Assembly (NCBI GenBank): GCA_037440825.1
Contig: JBBITJ010000028.1
Span: forward strand, 1 to 9,084
Direction of reading: 5' to 3'
DNA from: Candidatus Micrarchaeota archaeon
Lineage (GTDB): Archaea; Micrarchaeota; Micrarchaeia; Anstonellales; Bilamarchaeaceae
Length of the DNA stretch: 9,084 bases
Below, one piece after another: positions 1 to 6,576 of the stretch. A model generated the notes under the pieces. That model was not told where the DNA came from. It did no database searches and saw nothing but the letters and a program-made list of their open reading frames with translations. Each line of letters starts with the position of its first letter. Position 1 is the stretch's first letter. The translations under genes and the position numbers were made by a program.

Positions 1-1602
1 TCAGCTAGTTTTCTTGTTCTTCAGCGCAGCCTTGAGCAGCGCCACGAAAAGCGGGGCGGGCTTCTCCAGCCTGCTCTTCAGCTCAGGATGCGCCTGCGTA
101 GCGATTCCGAAGCTTTCCTTCCATTCAACCATTTCGGTGATTTCGTTCTTCGGATGTATCCCTGAGATCACGAGTCCGGCTTCAACCAGTTTGGAAACGT
201 ATGCCGGATTGACTTCATACCTGTGCCTATGCCTCTCGTATATTATCTCCTCCCCGTAAGCTTCGAATCCCACCGTGCCCTTCTTCAAATGCATCTCGTA
301 AGCCCCCAGCCTCATGGTCGCCCCTTTCTTCACTATCTGCTTCTGCTCCGGAAGTATGTCTATCACGGGGTGCGGAGTTTTGTCGTCGAATTCCGTGGAA
401 TTGGCGCCCTCGAGCTTCGCCACGTTGCGGGCGTACTCCACTGTCATGAGCTGCACTCCCAGACAGAGCCCGAGGTAGGGGACGCCGTGCTCCCTCGCGT
501 ACTTTATAGCTGAAATCTTGCCCTCTATCCCGCGCTTCCCGAACCCGCCGGGAACAATTATCGCATCATATCCCTTCAATATCTCAGCAGGATCTCCCTT
601 CTCTATCTTCTCCGCGTCTATCAAATCGCAGTGCGCCTTCGCGTTAACCTCCGCGCCTGAATGCACGAGCGCTTCGGAGACGCTCACGTAAGCGTCCTTC
701 ACTTTGGTGTACTTGCCTATGAGCGCGACCTTGAGCGAGTGCTTGGGATTCTTTATCCTGTCCGTGCGCTTCTTCCATTCGCCCCAGTCTGCCTCCTTCT
801 TCTCGTCCAGCCCGAGCTTCCTGGCTATGACGGCGTAGATGCCCTGCTTCTCCAGCACGAGCGGCAATTCGTAAACCGTTTCCACGAAGGGATCGTCAAG
901 CACCGCGTCCTTGTCCACGTTGCAGAACATCGCAATCTTCTCCTTCGCGTCCTCGCTGATCTCCTCCTGCTCCCTGGTGATTATGATTTCGGGCTTGATT
1001 CCCATTGAAAGAAGCAGGCGGTTCGCCTGTTGCGTGGGCTTGGTCTTCTGCTCCCCTGGCGAGATGCTCGGAACGTAGGTCAATTGCACGAACACGACTT
1101 TCTCCTCGCTTGCCAGCTGCCTCGCCGCCTCGAGGAAATAGCTGTTCTCCAGGTCTCCCACCGTGCCTCCGACTTCCAGCAGCACCACGTCTGCCTTCGT
1201 CTCCGAGGCGTATTTCCGCACCCTCTCCTTTATCTCGTCGGTAAGATGAGGGATGAACTGGACGTCCCTTCCCAGATAGTCCCCGCGCCTCTCCTTCTCT
1301 ATTATGGTCTGGAAGAGCTTCCCTCCTGTTATGCTCGCGCTTCCCGGTAGGCTCTGGTTCAGGAACCTTTCATAAGTTCCGAAATCCATATCCACTTCAG
1401 TGCCGTCGTCCAAAACGAACACTTCTCCGTGCCTGAACGGATTCATCGTCCCGCAGTCCACGTTCAGGTAGCCGTCGAACTTGAGCGGGAATGCCCTGTA
1501 TCCCCGCGTCTGCAGGATCTTGGCTATCGAAGATGTTACTATACCTTTCCCAAGACCGGACATTATAGAACCAGTGACCACTATGTATTTCGTTCCAGCC
1601 AT
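1..1602 (-). CDS. pyrG: CTP synthase (glutamine-hydrolysing)
   Basis: ~533-536 aa ORF with TGSIMSGLGKG, DCGTMNPFRHGEVFV, EVGGTVGDLE, KTKPTQ, VPGGFGKRGIEG, GLCLG (catalytic Cys), ERHRHRYEVN and HPE motifs. Start is either ATG at 1602 (MAGTKYIVVTG) or ATG at 1611; stop TGA at 3..1. Confidence 0.98.
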   Translation of the reverse strand: MAGTKYIVVTGSIMSGLGKGIVTSSIAKILQTRGYRAFPLKFDGYLNVDCGTMNPFRHGEVFVLDDGTEVDMDFGTYERFLNQSLPGSASITGGKLFQTIIEKERRGDYLGRDVQFIPHLTDEIKERVRKYASETKADVVLLEVGGTVGDLENSYFLEAARQLASEEKVVFVQLTYVPSISPGEQKTKPTQQANRLLLSMGIKPEIIITREQEEISEDAKEKIAMFCNVDKDAVLDDPFVETVYELPLVLEKQGIYAVIARKLGLDEKKEADWGEWKKRTDRIKNPKHSLKVALIGKYTKVKDAYVSVSEALVHSGAEVNAKAHCDLIDAEKIEKGDPAEILKGYDAIIVPGGFGKRGIEGKISAIKYAREHGVPYLGLCLGVQLMTVEYARNVAKLEGANSTEFDDKTPHPVIDILPEQKQIVKKGATMRLGAYEMHLKKGTVGFEAYGEEIIYERHRHRYEVNPAYVSKLVEAGLVISGIHPKNEITEMVEWKESFGIATQAHPELKSRLEKPAPLFVALLKAALKNKKTS

Positions 1603-1646
1603 AGGGAACATAGTTGAGCGCAGGCTAATTTAATCCTTCCTTTTCC

Positions 1647-1674
1647 TTCCGAACGGAATATTCCGGATTTAAAT
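1647..1674. promoter_or_regulatory. Divergent pyrG / HTH-CBS promoter region: TTCCG/CGGAA palindromes and TATA-like TTTAAAT
   Basis: TTCCG-AA-CGGAA at 1647-1658, perfect palindrome CGGAATATTCCG at 1654-1665, and TTTAAAT at 1668-1674, 23-29 nt before ATG 1697 (leaderless spacing). Confidence 0.55.
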
Positions 1675-1696
1675 TTATTCCCTTCGTAATCGGAAC

Positions 1697-2251
1697 ATGT
1701 TCCCCGATCTTTCGGAAATAAAGAAGCGCCGCGTGCGTCTCGACCTCACGCAGAAGAGGCTGGCGCAGATAGCCGGAGTGTCGCAGAGCCTAATCGCGAA
1801 GATAGAGTCCGGGAAGATAGATCCGAGCTACTCTTCAGCGAGGAAGATATTCGGCGCTCTGGAGGGGTTCGTGCACGAGGAGAACAAGACCGCGCGGGAC
1901 ATCATGAGCCAGCACGTGCTTTCGGCCTCGCCGCAGGAGCCGCTGCGCTCCGTGCTTGAAACGATGCGCAAGAGGAACATAGAGCAGATGCCTGTTATGG
2001 AGAAGGACGCGGTGGTGGGAAGCGTGAGCGAGGACAGCATAGTACATTTCCTTTCGACTTACAAGGGAAGCAGGAACATCCTGGACCTGAAGGTGGGGGA
2101 CGTGATGGCCGAGTCGTTCCCGATAGTGAAGGAGGACGCGAACTACCGCCTGCTTCTCGAGCTTTTGAATTACAACCGCGCCGTATTGATAGCGAGGAAA
2201 GGGAAGGTCGTGGGAATAGTAACCAAGACCGACCTGCTCAAGACGCGATGA
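1697..2251 (+). CDS. XRE/Cro-type HTH transcriptional regulator with C-terminal CBS pair (COG3620-like)
   Basis: N-terminal HTH (LTQKRLAQIAGVSQSLIAKIESGKIDPSYS) followed by two CBS repeats (ARDIMS...MPVME...VVGSVSE; VGDVM...VVGIVTKTDLL). Confidence 0.92.
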   Translation: MFPDLSEIKKRRVRLDLTQKRLAQIAGVSQSLIAKIESGKIDPSYSSARKIFGALEGFVHEENKTARDIMSQHVLSASPQEPLRSVLETMRKRNIEQMPVMEKDAVVGSVSEDSIVHFLSTYKGSRNILDLKVGDVMAESFPIVKEDANYRLLLELLNYNRAVLIARKGKVVGIVTKTDLLKTR

Positions 2252-2267
2252 ACATGAAAATCAGCAT

Positions 2268-2321
2268 TCCCTTTTCTTTTAAAAGAAAAGACCTGAGTGA
2301 TCCACCCCAAAAGAAAACGAA
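2268..2321. repeat. Dispersed hairpin element, copy A (free-standing)
   Basis: TCCCTTTTCTTTTAAAAGAAAAGACCTGAGTGATCCACCCCAAAAGAAAACGAA. Contains the 20-bp palindrome CTTTTCTTTTAAAAGAAAAG (2271-2290) and aligns with 6583-6642. Lies between convergent genes, so its oligo-T tracts could also act as terminators on both strands. Confidence 0.8.
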
Positions 2322-2369
2322 GCGAGCGTATGCGAGCGATATTGGAGGGGGATTTCGGAGGAACACTGG

Positions 2370-2418
2370 AACCTAAGGGGGAACGCACGATTCCAGCAAA
2401 TATGTTCCCCCTTGGGTT
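2370..2418. repeat. Inverted repeat (15-bp stem) next to the tRNA-Ala 3' end
   Basis: AACCTAAGGGGGAAC (2370-2384) pairs with GTTCCCCCTTGGGTT (2404-2418), with one T-G position and a 19-nt loop. Confidence 0.75.
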
Positions 2419-2423
2419 TGTGA

Positions 2424-2495
2424 TGGACTCAGAGGGATTCGCACCCTCGGCCCCTCGCGTGCAAGGCGAGTGCTCTGCTGCTGAGCTATGAGCCC
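2424..2495 (-). tRNA. tRNA-Ala(UGC), 72 nt, CCA not encoded
   Basis: Reverse complement folds as GGGCTCA TA GCTC AGCAGCA GAGC A CTCGC CTTGCAC GCGAG GGGCC GAGGG TGCGAAT CCCTC TGAGTCC A. Anticodon TGC (2463-2461), G3:U70 alanine determinant, A73. TTTATAAA at 2526-2533 is about 30 nt upstream. Confidence 0.95.
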
Positions 2496-2604
2496 ATAAT
2501 TAGCGCATCTCTTACTCTGTGAAAATTTATAAAACGCACATTTAAATCGGGCGCTGCCCTAACAGTTGTTGCAGGCAAATGTTTTGTACTGTAAGGTTGA
2601 TGCG

Positions 2605-3273
2605 ATGATGGCTAACAAGAAGGCTCTGGCTGCCGCGAAGGCGCTCGAATCGATCGAGGAAGGCAAGACCATAGGGTTGGGCTCAGGGACCACTGCAGCG
2701 GAATTCATCCAGCTCCTGGGAGCGAAAGTGGATGCCGGATTCAGGATCGACTCCTGCGTCCCAACTTCATTCGATTCGAGGATACACGCGATAAAATGCG
2801 GGCTCTCCCGCTACCTCTGCGACCCGGACCAGGTGAAGAAGATAGACGTCGCGGTGGACGGCGCGGACGCCGTTGGCGAGAATTATGTGATAAAAGGCGG
2901 AGGCGCTGCGCTCACAAGGGAGAAGGTGGTCGCGTACAACGCCGAGGAATTCATAGTCATAATAGACGACAGCAAGCTCATGAAGGGTTCCAAGGCGACC
3001 GTGGCGCTGGAATGCATAAAATTCTCCGCGCCGTTCGTGCTGCGCACCCTGCGCAAGCTGGGCTACGACGCAGCGATTCGGGTAGGAACCGGAAAAGTGG
3101 GGCCCATCATAAGCGACAACAACAACTTCATCGTGGACGCCAAGATGGAGATAAAAAACGCGGCCAACTTGGAGGCGATGCTGAACAACATTCCAGGTGT
3201 CCTTGAGAATGGGATTTTCACGAAATTCGACCGTGTGATAGTTGGCGACGAGAAAGGGGCGCGCGAACTCTAG
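2605..3273 (+). CDS. rpiA: Ribose-5-phosphate isomerase A
   Basis: IGLGSGTT, VPTS, DVAVDGAD, IKGGGAALTREKVV, SDNNNFIVD and IPGVLENGIF motifs. Start most likely ATG 2605 or 2608, after AAGGTTGA, not the TTG at 2566. Confidence 0.96.
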   Translation: MMANKKALAAAKALESIEEGKTIGLGSGTTAAEFIQLLGAKVDAGFRIDSCVPTSFDSRIHAIKCGLSRYLCDPDQVKKIDVAVDGADAVGENYVIKGGGAALTREKVVAYNAEEFIVIIDDSKLMKGSKATVALECIKFSAPFVLRTLRKLGYDAAIRVGTGKVGPIISDNNNFIVDAKMEIKNAANLEAMLNNIPGVLENGIFTKFDRVIVGDEKGAREL

Positions 3274-4451
3274 TGTTTCGCCCGCACTCTCCACAGCATC
3301 AGCACCGCGACCGAGACGCTGATGATGAACGAGAACACGAACGCGCCGTTCATGCCGAAAATGCTCCACTCCCAGAGCGCGCCTGCTATCAGGTTCGCAG
3401 GAAGCACGAGCACTCCGGTTATGCCCTGATAGAATCCTATCGCAGTCCCGTAGCTGCCGTTCTCCACGATCCTCGCTACGAAAGCGCGCGGGGTCGTTTC
3501 CACTATTGAAGTCACAAACCCCAGGATCGCGAAGAACAGCAGGAAAAGCCAGTCGTTCGCGAACGCGAAGCCCGCGAGCGCGATTGCGAAAAGGACGCAC
3601 GCCGCAGCCATCATCTTCCTTCCGCCCAACCGGTCGGTGAGCATTCCTACCGGGATCGCGGATGCCGTGTAAACTATGTTGTATATCGTATATCCGAGAA
3701 GCGTCAGGAGTACGCTGCTCGTTATTCCCTGCGCCTTGAGTATGAAGAACGGGACTCCGAACTGTGCGAGCGCAAAAAGAGAGCCGAAAATCGCGATGCT
3801 CCTGTAGCTCTCGTTGCCCCACGTGCTCCTTATTATTCCTCTCCTGGTTCCCAGCTCCTTGCGGTCTACGTCGGTTGCGTACTTCCATATCGCCACAACC
3901 CCTATCGCAGCCGGAACCACCGCGAGCACGAATATCGACCTGTACGTCTGCTCTTCCCCGATCTGGGGAAGAAGGTATGCGATGAGCCCCATGGTGATTA
4001 GCGGCCCTACCATCGCTCCCGCAGCATCCATCATCTTCCTGAATCCGAAAGCGGTGCCGAGGTTGTTCTTTCTCTCGCTGTACGTTATTATCGCGTCCCT
4101 CGGCACTCCGCGTATGCCCTTGCCGAACCTTTCCACCATCTTTATTCCAAGGACCTGGTGCCAGCTGGTCGCGAACACGAAGAATATTTTCATTATCGAG
4201 GAGACGAAGTAGCCGAACGTGCTTATCCTCTTCCTTTCCCCGACCCGGTCGCTCACGTACCCTGAGAGCGCCCTGAGCACGGCGACTATGAAATTGGACA
4301 CGCCTTCTATAAGCCCTATTACGAACGCGTTCGCGCCGAGCACGTTCATCAGGAAAAGGGGCATTATCGGGGTGATCATCTCGCTGCTTACTTCGACCAG
4401 GAAGCTCGTGCTCCCAAGCACAACGCTGTTGCGGCTGAGCTTTATGGTCAT
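3270..4451 (-). CDS. Major facilitator superfamily (MFS) transporter
   Basis: 393 aa, about 12 hydrophobic segments, motif A-like SGYVSDRVGERK and GMLTDRLGGRK, plus ERFGKGIRGVPRDA. Substrate unknown. Its stop overlaps the rpiA stop in CTAG (3270-3273). Confidence 0.93.
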   Translation of the reverse strand: MTIKLSRNSVVLGSTSFLVEVSSEMITPIMPLFLMNVLGANAFVIGLIEGVSNFIVAVLRALSGYVSDRVGERKRISTFGYFVSSIMKIFFVFATSWHQVLGIKMVERFGKGIRGVPRDAIITYSERKNNLGTAFGFRKMMDAAGAMVGPLITMGLIAYLLPQIGEEQTYRSIFVLAVVPAAIGVVAIWKYATDVDRKELGTRRGIIRSTWGNESYRSIAIFGSLFALAQFGVPFFILKAQGITSSVLLTLLGYTIYNIVYTASAIPVGMLTDRLGGRKMMAAACVLFAIALAGFAFANDWLFLLFFAILGFVTSIVETTPRAFVARIVENGSYGTAIGFYQGITGVLVLPANLIAGALWEWSIFGMNGAFVFSFIISVSVAVLMLWRVRAKH

Positions 4452-4472
4452 AAGCCGTTTTCGGGAAACCTG

Positions 4473-4480
4473 TTTAAATA
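4473..4480. promoter_or_regulatory. Putative shared bidirectional TATA box
   Basis: TTTAAATA in the middle of a 50-nt spacer; the palindromic TTTAAA core is 22-27 nt from ATG 4451 (-) and 24-29 nt from ATG 4502 (+). Confidence 0.55.
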
Positions 4481-4501
4481 CATTGTTCCAGGATTTAGGA
4501 T

Positions 4502-4993
4502 ATGCTTGAGGTTCCGGAAGCGCTCAGGGCTGAGCTGAAGAAGCCGCTGGGCGAATTGATGGGGATGGACGCGTTCATCTCCGAGTACGGGAAATCCAGG
4601 ATAATCTCCGTAGGCGACATAGTCACGCTCTCCCTATTGGAAAAGGGAATAAGGCCGTTCCTGGCTGCCTACGATTTCAGGAGCATGCGCCACGACATAG
4701 AGAAGCGGATGAGGGAAAGGATAAAGGGCGCCTATTCCACATACTCCACTGCAAGGAACCCGCCCGGCACGATAACAGAAGAGCTCGAGGCCGCGGCCGC
4801 GTCCATGGCAGGGAAAGGCGGCGCGCTTTACGTGGAAGGCGAGGAGGACCTCGCTGCGCTGGTTTTCATGCGCATCTCCCCCGAGGGCTGCGTGATAGTG
4901 TACGGCCAGCCGGACGAAGGCGTCGTGGCCGTGGAATGCAACGAAAAAAGCAGGAGAAAAGCTGAGCTGATTCTTGGAAAGATGAAAAAATAG
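4502..4993 (+). CDS. GTP-dependent dephospho-CoA kinase family protein (DUF359/UPF0218)
   Basis: LRAELKKPLG, ISVGDIVT, NPPGTIT, VEGEEDLAAL and VYGQPDEGVV motifs typical of this archaeal family. Confidence 0.9.
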   Translation: MLEVPEALRAELKKPLGELMGMDAFISEYGKSRIISVGDIVTLSLLEKGIRPFLAAYDFRSMRHDIEKRMRERIKGAYSTYSTARNPPGTITEELEAAAASMAGKGGALYVEGEEDLAALVFMRISPEGCVIVYGQPDEGVVAVECNEKSRRKAELILGKMKK

Positions 4994-5006
4994 GGCCGGG
5001 AAATAT

Positions 5007-5198
5007 CTAGCTTCCTCCGCCCTTGCCCAACATGTAGAGAAGCACGTAGGATATGAGCGTCGTGCCTATCCCAACGCCCGCCAGGATCATGTTGTCGGTT
5101 TCCCCGCGGACGGTTATCCACATGTAGACGACGCCTGTCCCTATGAGCAGCGCGGCTATGAACCTTATCGCGTTCATTATCGCCTTGCCAGCCGACAT
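5007..5198 (-). CDS. Small membrane protein with two predicted TM helices
   Basis: 63 aa from ATG 5198 (or GTG 5201), preceded by SD-like GAAGGTG. Two hydrophobic stretches: FIAALLIGTGVVYMWI and ILAGVGIGTTLISYVLLYML. Confidence 0.75.
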   Translation of the reverse strand: MSAGKAIMNAIRFIAALLIGTGVVYMWITVRGETDNMILAGVGIGTTLISYVLLYMLGKGGGS

Positions 5199-5238
5199 CA
5201 CTGCACCTTCAAATCTGGTCCCGCGTGCTGCGCGGCAT

Positions 5239-5490
5239 TCACTGCTCGCCGCCTGCCTGGACTTTCGCCACGACTATTACGTCTTCGACGGATTTCACGT
5301 TCTTGTACATCACGCTTTTCTCCCTGAGCACCCTCTTCGCGTCCTCCTTGGAAGACGGGAGCGGCTCGAGAAGCACCCTTACCACTTCGCCGCTTTCCGT
5401 GTCGAGGATGAAATCCTGCGCGTTGCCTATGAACTTACCGCTGTCGGTAAAAATATCCATTCCGTACATCCTGGATAGCTTCGTCGTCAT
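5239..5490 (-). CDS. PRC-barrel domain protein
   Basis: 83 aa with LSRMYGMDIFTDSGKFIGNAQDFILDTESGEV...VKSVEDVIVV, typical of archaeal single-domain PRC barrels. SD AGGTGA at 5500-5495. Confidence 0.88.
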   Translation of the reverse strand: MTTKLSRMYGMDIFTDSGKFIGNAQDFILDTESGEVVRVLLEPLPSSKEDAKRVLREKSVMYKNVKSVEDVIVVAKVQAGGEQ

Positions 5491-5560
5491 TGTTTCACCT
5501 TATCTGGTATGCCGTTGAAATCTCAACGTCGCCTATGCGTTGTTTATTGGGTGTTTAATT

Positions 5561-6022
5561 TTAAATTGTTTCTATGAGTTCAGCCTCGCTGTCCTCCTTG
5601 AAGTTGCCCAGCACTATCTTGGTGTTCACCCTCTGCACGCCTTCCACGCTGTTTATGTCGTTCACCAACCGCCCCAATGTGTCTATGTCCTTGCATGTCA
5701 CTATCGCTATGCCGTCGTATTCCCCGGTGGTGCGGTAGGCGTGGTGCACGTAGGGCATCTTCGCCACCTTCCTCATCGCGACGTCGGTCTTGCCTTCTAT
5801 GTCTATTTGTATTATGGCCGTTATCGCGTACCCTAGCTTCCTGAAGTCGAACACGGCCGTGTAGCGGGTTATCACGCCCTCCTTCTCCATCCTCCGCATG
5901 CGTTCTATTACAGTATTTGGATGGATCTTCAGCTCCTTCGCGATCTCCCTGCTGGAAAGCCGGGCATTCCTGCCCAAAAGCCGCAGGATTCCCACATCCT
6001 TCGCATCGTAGTCGTAAGCCAT
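5561..6022 (-). CDS. Lrp/AsnC family transcriptional regulator
   Basis: wHTH (DAKDVGILRLLGRNARLSSREIAKELKIHPNTVIERMRRMEKEGVITRY) plus RAM domain (YRTTGEYD, INSVEGVQRVNT). ATG 6022 is favoured, with TTTTTAAA (-) at 6054-6047. Confidence 0.94.
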   Translation of the reverse strand: MAYDYDAKDVGILRLLGRNARLSSREIAKELKIHPNTVIERMRRMEKEGVITRYTAVFDFRKLGYAITAIIQIDIEGKTDVAMRKVAKMPYVHHAYRTTGEYDGIAIVTCKDIDTLGRLVNDINSVEGVQRVNTKIVLGNFKEDSEAELIETI

Positions 6023-6025
6023 GCT

Positions 6026-6064
6026 TATACATTTGTATAGCAATAATTTAAAAATCTATACAAA
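6026..6064. promoter_or_regulatory. Inverted TATACA/TGTATA repeats around the Lrp-gene TATA box
   Basis: TATACA-TT-TGTATA at 6026-6039. TTTGTATAG (6032-6040) and CTATACAAA (6056-6064) form a perfect 9-bp inverted repeat bracketing TTTAAAAA (6047-6054). Confidence 0.55.
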
Positions 6065-6138
6065 AATCCTGAAAAAACTGGAAAACTTATATATACTTAT
6101 GAAACGTCCTATTACCTGGCAATAGCCGAGGTGGGAGC

Positions 6139-6233
6139 ATGAAGGAAATTGAAGCGAAGCGGGAGGCGAACAGGATCATGGCAGAGTTCGACTCCACCAT
6201 AAGGAACTACGGCACCACTTCGGTACGTTTTGC
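6139..6233 (+). CDS. Hypothetical protein, 5' fragment only (runs into assembly gap)
   Basis: TATA-like TTATATATA near 6087-6095, SD GAGGTG at 6128-6133, ATG 6139, and about 31 codons (MKEIEAKREANRIMAEFDSTIRNYGTTSVRF) before the Ns. Confidence 0.6.
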
Positions 6234-6333
6234 NNNNNNNNNNNNNNNNNNNNNNNNNNNNNNNNNNNNNNNNNNNNNNNNNNNNNNNNNNNNNNNNNNN
6301 NNNNNNNNNNNNNNNNNNNNNNNNNNNNNNNNN
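6234..6333. other. Assembly gap (exactly 100 N; true size unknown)
   Basis: A run of 100 N is the usual placeholder for a gap of unknown length. Confidence 0.97.
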
Positions 6334-6421
6334 CATTTTTTAAAGTTTTCCCATCTATATGTAATTACGCCTGATTCTCGATTTGCCTGTATTCCGTTTG
6401 GGGTGTGGGGAAATCAAGGAA

Positions 6422-6455
6422 AAACCGCTAGGGGGCTCTGCCCCCTAAGAGGTTT
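6422..6455. repeat. GC-rich hairpin immediately upstream of tRNA-Leu
   Basis: TAGGGGGC-TCT-GCCCCCTA (6429-6447), extended by AAACC (6422-6426) / GGTTT (6451-6455). Confidence 0.7.
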
Positions 6456-6499
6456 GTCTGCAGGGATGGCGGAGCCCGGTCAATCGCGCCAGACTCAAG

Positions 6500-6544
6500 G
6501 TTTCGTTCCGGAACGCAAAACGCAGAACCCGGAACACATAAGCA
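6500..6544 (+). other. tRNA intron 1, canonical position 37/38 (45 nt)
   Basis: Follows CAA-G37. BHB-like: CTCA (32-35) against TAAG (6539-6542), 3 of 4 pairs. Internal stem GTTCCGG (6505-6511) / CCGGAAC (6529-6535). Confidence 0.88.
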
Positions 6545-6576
6545 ATCTGGTGTCCTAGCGGCTACGAAGGTTCAAA

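Noticed and set aside
2297..2491. 64-aa plus-strand ORF
   Set aside because: Runs across the repeat/hairpin spacer and antisense through tRNA-Ala; no coding signal.
2857..2874. RpiA motif reads DGADAV rather than the usual DGADEV
   Set aside because: Both motif Asp residues, KGGG and the catalytic REK Glu are retained; not enough to suggest altered function.
3270..3273. Convergent rpiA and MFS stop codons overlapping in CTAG
   Set aside because: A common arrangement in compact genomes; no special system implied.
2767..3888. 373-aa minus-strand ORF and other overlapping ORFs (e.g. 2796-3206, 5580-6032, 7430-7945, 8106-8612)
   Set aside because: They overlap well-supported genes in alternative or antisense frames, have Arg/Gly/His-skewed composition and no motifs; these are shadow ORFs typical of GC-rich coding DNA.
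6505..6535. TTCCGGAAC/CGGAAC in intron 1 resembling the TTCCG/CGGAA sites near pyrG
   Set aside because: Fully explained by the intron stem, and such short words also occur within coding regions.
6139..6558. 139-aa ORF spanning the gap, and the 6112-6336 minus-strand ORF
   Set aside because: Artefacts of reading through 100 N; the part after the gap overlaps the tRNA-Leu upstream region and gene.
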